Shown piece by piece: positions 60,482-64,000 of a stretch of 64,000 nt of DNA. How positions within the stretch are numbered: position 1 is the stretch's first letter; every line of letters starts with the position of its first letter. The stretch is from NCBI GenBank assembly GCA_963667035.1, contig OY762964.1, positions 128,001 to 192,000 on the forward strand. Reading direction: 5' to 3'. The stretch is from Candidatus Cloacimonadales bacterium (GTDB lineage Bacteria > Cloacimonadota > Cloacimonadia > Cloacimonadales > JAFGVF01). The position numbers and the translations under genes were made by a program. The notes under the pieces were generated by a model. That model saw nothing but the letters and a program-made list of their open reading frames with translations, was not told where the DNA came from and made no database searches.

Positions 60482-61036
60482 ATGAACGAGGTGAGTGTGA
60501 TAGAAAATGAAAAAGAGTTAATCAAACGTGCTAAGAAAGATGTGAGTGCGTTTGACAGGTTGTATGAGCATTATTACCCGCTTATAAATAACTATGTTTT
60601 TCATAGGGTAGCGGATGAGAGCACACGATATGAAATAGTGTCGAATGTGTTCTACAAGGCTATGACCAATTTAAGCGGTTTTAAATGGTTTCATAAGTGT
60701 TCATTTTCTGCCTGGCTGTATCGGATTGCAATAAACGAGATTAGGCAACATTATCGACAGAATCAGAGAACTATGAAGATTGAGAAGAAGATATCTTTCA
60801 ATGAGTTACCCAATGATGCTGAAGATATTGAGAAGCCGGATTATCATATTGTGTATGAAGCTATGCAAAGCTTAAAACCGGCAGAGCAGGACTTATTATC
60901 GTTGCGCTATTTCGAGAAGAAAAAATTCCAGGAAATAGCAGAGATTTTGAATGTCAAAGAAGGAGCATTGAAGGTAAGAATGCACCGAATAATGAATAAA
61001 TTAAGAGACCGTATAGAGGAGATTGAAAATGGATGA
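60482..61036 (+). CDS. ECF RNA polymerase sigma factor
   Basis: AFD.LY..Y, FSAWLYRIA.N, L.L.YF......EIAEIL....G..K...HR. Confidence 0.92.
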   Translation: MNEVSVIENEKELIKRAKKDVSAFDRLYEHYYPLINNYVFHRVADESTRYEIVSNVFYKAMTNLSGFKWFHKCSFSAWLYRIAINEIRQHYRQNQRTMKIEKKISFNELPNDAEDIEKPDYHIVYEAMQSLKPAEQDLLSLRYFEKKKFQEIAEILNVKEGALKVRMHRIMNKLRDRIEEIENG

Positions 61037-61502
61037 ATTAAAGAAGAGACTGGAGCAAATGGAGGTTCCTATTATAAAGAACGATCCATTCCAGCAGGAG
61101 CTTAGAAGGCTTCTTATTGCAAAGTTCATCCCGCATCATTCTGCAGGACGAATGTTGCTGAGATTAGGTACTGCACTAGTAATGATTTTAGCTTTGTTTG
61201 GCATCGTTTCGGTTGTTAATCCCGGCTGGGCGTATAAAGTGAATAATATGGCCTTTAATAAAGACCACGAACCGGATATTGAAAGGTTAGATCTACCTGC
61301 ACATCTGGCAAGCTCATCTTATACTTCCATAAACAATCCGGAGATATCTAATCAGATTGACCCGAAACAATATGTCGAGGATAAATCATATGTTATCCGA
61401 AAATATAAATCACCTAGAAATGGTGCAGTAATGATTGTTTCAGAATTTGATGAACGAGGAAATAAAGTCAAAACTAGACTCGTAAATCAATCAGGCATGT
61501 AA
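61029..61502 (+). CDS. Putative single-TM anti-sigma factor
   Basis: Overlaps the ECF stop codon; short cytoplasmic helix, one TM segment, small extracytoplasmic domain. Confidence 0.6.
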   Translation: MDELKKRLEQMEVPIIKNDPFQQELRRLLIAKFIPHHSAGRMLLRLGTALVMILALFGIVSVVNPGWAYKVNNMAFNKDHEPDIERLDLPAHLASSSYTSINNPEISNQIDPKQYVEDKSYVIRKYKSPRNGAVMIVSEFDERGNKVKTRLVNQSGM

Positions 61503-61512
61503 GGAGGAAATC

Positions 61513-62706
61513 ATGCTGCCGTTGTTAAAGAATCTTATATTTACTTTACTAATTCTTACTTGTATCACAGCTCTAAATGCGAAGCCTTGGCTTGGTATTA
61601 CAGTTATGGAGCCAGAAGATGCAGAGTATGGAGTTAAAATTTTTTCTGTAGATAAAGATTCTCCGGCTGATAAAGCAGGTATGGAAATCGGAGACCGGTT
61701 AATAAAGATAAATGGAGAAAAGATTTACACTACCGATCAGCTGAAAAAGATGATAGAATCGAAACAGATAGGTGACAAACTGAAGATTGAACTTATCAGA
61801 GATAAAGAAGATGTTGTTCTCATATCAACACTGGAAGAAAAGCAGATACCCAAAAAACCATTCCTAGGAGTTGTAGTTAATGAATTGGATAAAGAACAAC
61901 AGGAAGAAATGAACTTGGATTACGGTTTGTATGTAAACAGAATAGTGGAAGATTCAAGTGCCGAGAAAGCGAATCTAAAGAAAGGGGATATTCTACTCTC
62001 CATAGACAATGATAAGATTTATACTCCCGGTCAGCTTCGAAAGATACTCAATACACATAAACCTGATAGTGAGATAACTGTTAAATATCTCAGAGACGGG
62101 AAAGAAAAGAATATCAAGGTGAAACTTGGTTCTAAATCTGCAAGTCTAGGACAGATAGACGGCAATGTTTTAAACTATGACTTCTCGGTTATGCCTGATA
62201 AAGTAACTGTACTTAAGTATGATGATAACTTTGATAGATTAGGTATGAAGATTGAAGAAGTTAAAGGAGAAGTTATTGTCAAAGCAGTTGAGGAAAACTC
62301 AGATGCAGATAAAGCAGGTATTAGAAAAGGTGATAAGATAATCTCGGTTAATCGTGAGAAGATTAAATCAATAAAGATGATCGATGGGATTCTCAATGAG
62401 AGAAAAGAGAATGAAGTTGTCGAGATAACAGTTCTTTCAGGCGGGAAGAAAAAGACATTAGAACTGACAGTTGGACCCAAAAAAGCTGAGAAGACTTTTG
62501 ATTTATCGATAGATGATGACGGTATCAGATTCATAATCGACGGGAAAGAAACCGAACTGTTTAATGAAGATGCAATTCCTAAGATTAAAGAATTCTTCAA
62601 AGACCTTCACATAGATGAGTGGATGGATGAATTGAAAGACAATCTGCCTGAAGAAAAAGACATAGATTTATTTTTCAAAAAGCAAGTTAATAAGGAACAG
62701 GTATAA
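61513..62706 (+). CDS. Exported protein with three PDZ domains
   Basis: Signal peptide; three (W/F/R)LG...V...S.A.KA.....GD.I..I repeats; no protease motif seen. Confidence 0.85.
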   Translation: MLPLLKNLIFTLLILTCITALNAKPWLGITVMEPEDAEYGVKIFSVDKDSPADKAGMEIGDRLIKINGEKIYTTDQLKKMIESKQIGDKLKIELIRDKEDVVLISTLEEKQIPKKPFLGVVVNELDKEQQEEMNLDYGLYVNRIVEDSSAEKANLKKGDILLSIDNDKIYTPGQLRKILNTHKPDSEITVKYLRDGKEKNIKVKLGSKSASLGQIDGNVLNYDFSVMPDKVTVLKYDDNFDRLGMKIEEVKGEVIVKAVEENSDADKAGIRKGDKIISVNREKIKSIKMIDGILNERKENEVVEITVLSGGKKKTLELTVGPKKAEKTFDLSIDDDGIRFIIDGKETELFNEDAIPKIKEFFKDLHIDEWMDELKDNLPEEKDIDLFFKKQVNKEQV

Positions 62707-62744
62707 CCTCCCTTTGTAGTAGTGTGCGAATACGGGACATAGTT

Positions 62745-63122
62745 TTACGATGTCCCGTTTTCTTTTATCAGATAGTTGGCCGTATTGACATTCAGAGCTA
62801 TGGGAATGTTTCTTAGAACACATATTCTTATAAGTGTTTGTATGTCATGTTCGTGCCCGTGAGGAGTTTTAACGTCTATGAGAAATATTATTTTGTCTAT
62901 TTCTCCTTCCAGAATATGGGATGCAATGACAATGTCACCACCTTCAGGACCATGTCCGAGAGGTTTAACGGATAATCCTGTGATATTTGATACGTGTTTG
63001 GACGTACCGAGAGTACCGACCAATTCGTACTCTTGCAGAGCTTCCTTATGTTTGTTTGCCCATTCAGCCATAGCGAGTTTTTGAGTGTTGTGAGCTACCA
63101 GTGCTAGAGTTAATTTCTTCAT
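62745..63122 (-). CDS. mgsA: Methylglyoxal synthase
   Basis: LALVAH...K, GT.GT, GP.GGD, HEHDI..L.R.C....IP.A.N..TA; RBS GGAGG before the ATG at 63122. Confidence 0.9.
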   Translation of the reverse strand: MKKLTLALVAHNTQKLAMAEWANKHKEALQEYELVGTLGTSKHVSNITGLSVKPLGHGPEGGDIVIASHILEGEIDKIIFLIDVKTPHGHEHDIQTLIRICVLRNIPIALNVNTANYLIKENGTS

Positions 63123-63316
63123 TATTCCTCCTAGCGACATGATAAAGGGTTGGAATAAATTAGCAAGATAAAGTAACCCGATATTTATGAATTTACAGGT
63201 AAAAATTAATAAAGTCAACTTGCTGACGATACTTGTCGAAAAAATCCTTTACGAAATTTGATTGTTAATGCATGTAGTCTAAATCATAGTTTTATAAACC
63301 AATCTTTGGAGGATAT

Positions 63317-64000
63317 ATGGATCTCAGGATGAAAAAACTGTTTATCCTGATAGTTTTAACAGTTTTCTGCTCCTTACTGATGGCAGTAGGAGAATTAGTT
63401 TATGATGTGACGGTTATTGGAAATCAGAATGTGGATGAATCACTTATAAAAAGTGCATCCAGTATAAAAATTGGTACTAATTACACTGGTGATGATGTCC
63501 AAAAAACCATAAAGAATCTTTATAATCTGAAGGTCTTTGAAGATATTAAGATAGAGTCACAAAAGAAGCAGTCAGGTGTTGAGATTATTATAAGAGTTAA
63601 AGAATATCCGATAGTGAAGAAAATGACCTTGAAAGGTAACAAAGCGTTATCTTCCCGAGAGGTTGATGAAACTATCAATATCCGCATAGGAAGTTATTGG
63701 TCTCCATTCTTAAGAATGTCCAATACGGATAAGCTCAAGACTAAACTTGAAGAGAAAGGCTATCATAATGCTCACATTGATTATATCGTTAATGAGGCTG
63801 ATGATAACACAATTAATCTGACAATTGTCTTCCAAGACGGACGTAAAGTTAAGATTAAGAAAATAAACATTGTTGGAAATGACCAGATTGAAGAGAAGAA
63901 GATTCTTAAGAAAATGAAAACTAAGAAAGCAAGCCTCTTCAGAACCGGTAAGTATGAAGAAGAAAAGTATCAAACAGACTTAAAAGCAATAATTGCTTAT
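63317..64000 (+). CDS. bamA: Outer membrane protein assembly factor BamA, N-terminal POTRA domains (3'-truncated by window edge)
   Basis: Not in the ORF track because no stop is reached. Translation: MDLRMKKLFIL...V.GNQNVD...IKNLYNLKVFEDI...VKEYP......KGNK...KGY...G.KVKIKKINIVGN; RBS GGAGG. Confidence 0.9.
   Translation, partial: MDLRMKKLFILIVLTVFCSLLMAVGELVYDVTVIGNQNVDESLIKSASSIKIGTNYTGDDVQKTIKNLYNLKVFEDIKIESQKKQSGVEIIIRVKEYPIVKKMTLKGNKALSSREVDETINIRIGSYWSPFLRMSNTDKLKTKLEEKGYHNAHIDYIVNEADDNTINLTIVFQDGRKVKIKKINIVGNDQIEEKKILKKMKTKKASLFRTGKYEEEKYQTDLKAIIAY

Overview
AT-rich chromosomal segment of a Gram-negative anaerobe. Several secreted proteins with FlgD/T9SS-like C-terminal domains, an Mbx-type complex, lpxB and bamA suggest Candidatus Cloacimonadota or a related FCB lineage (inference). 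In order: an LPS/surface-polysaccharide cluster (licD-like, tagD, glycosyltransferases, heptosyltransferase), corA, a DAK2-DegV fusion, glutathione peroxidase, and a 12-gene Mrp-Mbx-like respiratory operon with fused MrpD-type modules and a NuoI-GltD fusion. An ~8 kb accessory island follows (21.1-29.2 kb). It holds a multi-stop pseudogene, a HEPN-like plus double P-loop ATPase pair (putative defence), two outward-facing copies of an uncharacterised motif-plus-gene cassette, and dense composite REP-like arrays. Next come phoP-phoR-sigma with Pho boxes, an ATP-grasp gene, ChaN, two hybrid kinases, a lipocalin, a stand-alone CIRCE-preceded groEL, tandem beta-propeller paralogues, PAP2, a nonsense-interrupted methyltransferase, a nucleotidyltransferase, a GH29 fucosidase, lpxB, an M14 peptidase, a large FN3/FGE-sulfatase lipoprotein, an ECF/anti-sigma/PDZ operon, mgsA and the 5' part of bamA. 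A dispersed family of intergenic elements with 11-bp periodicity occurs 3-4 times. No rRNA, tRNA, CRISPR array, transposase or reverse transcriptase was recognised. All calls come from motif reading and recall; no database searches were run.
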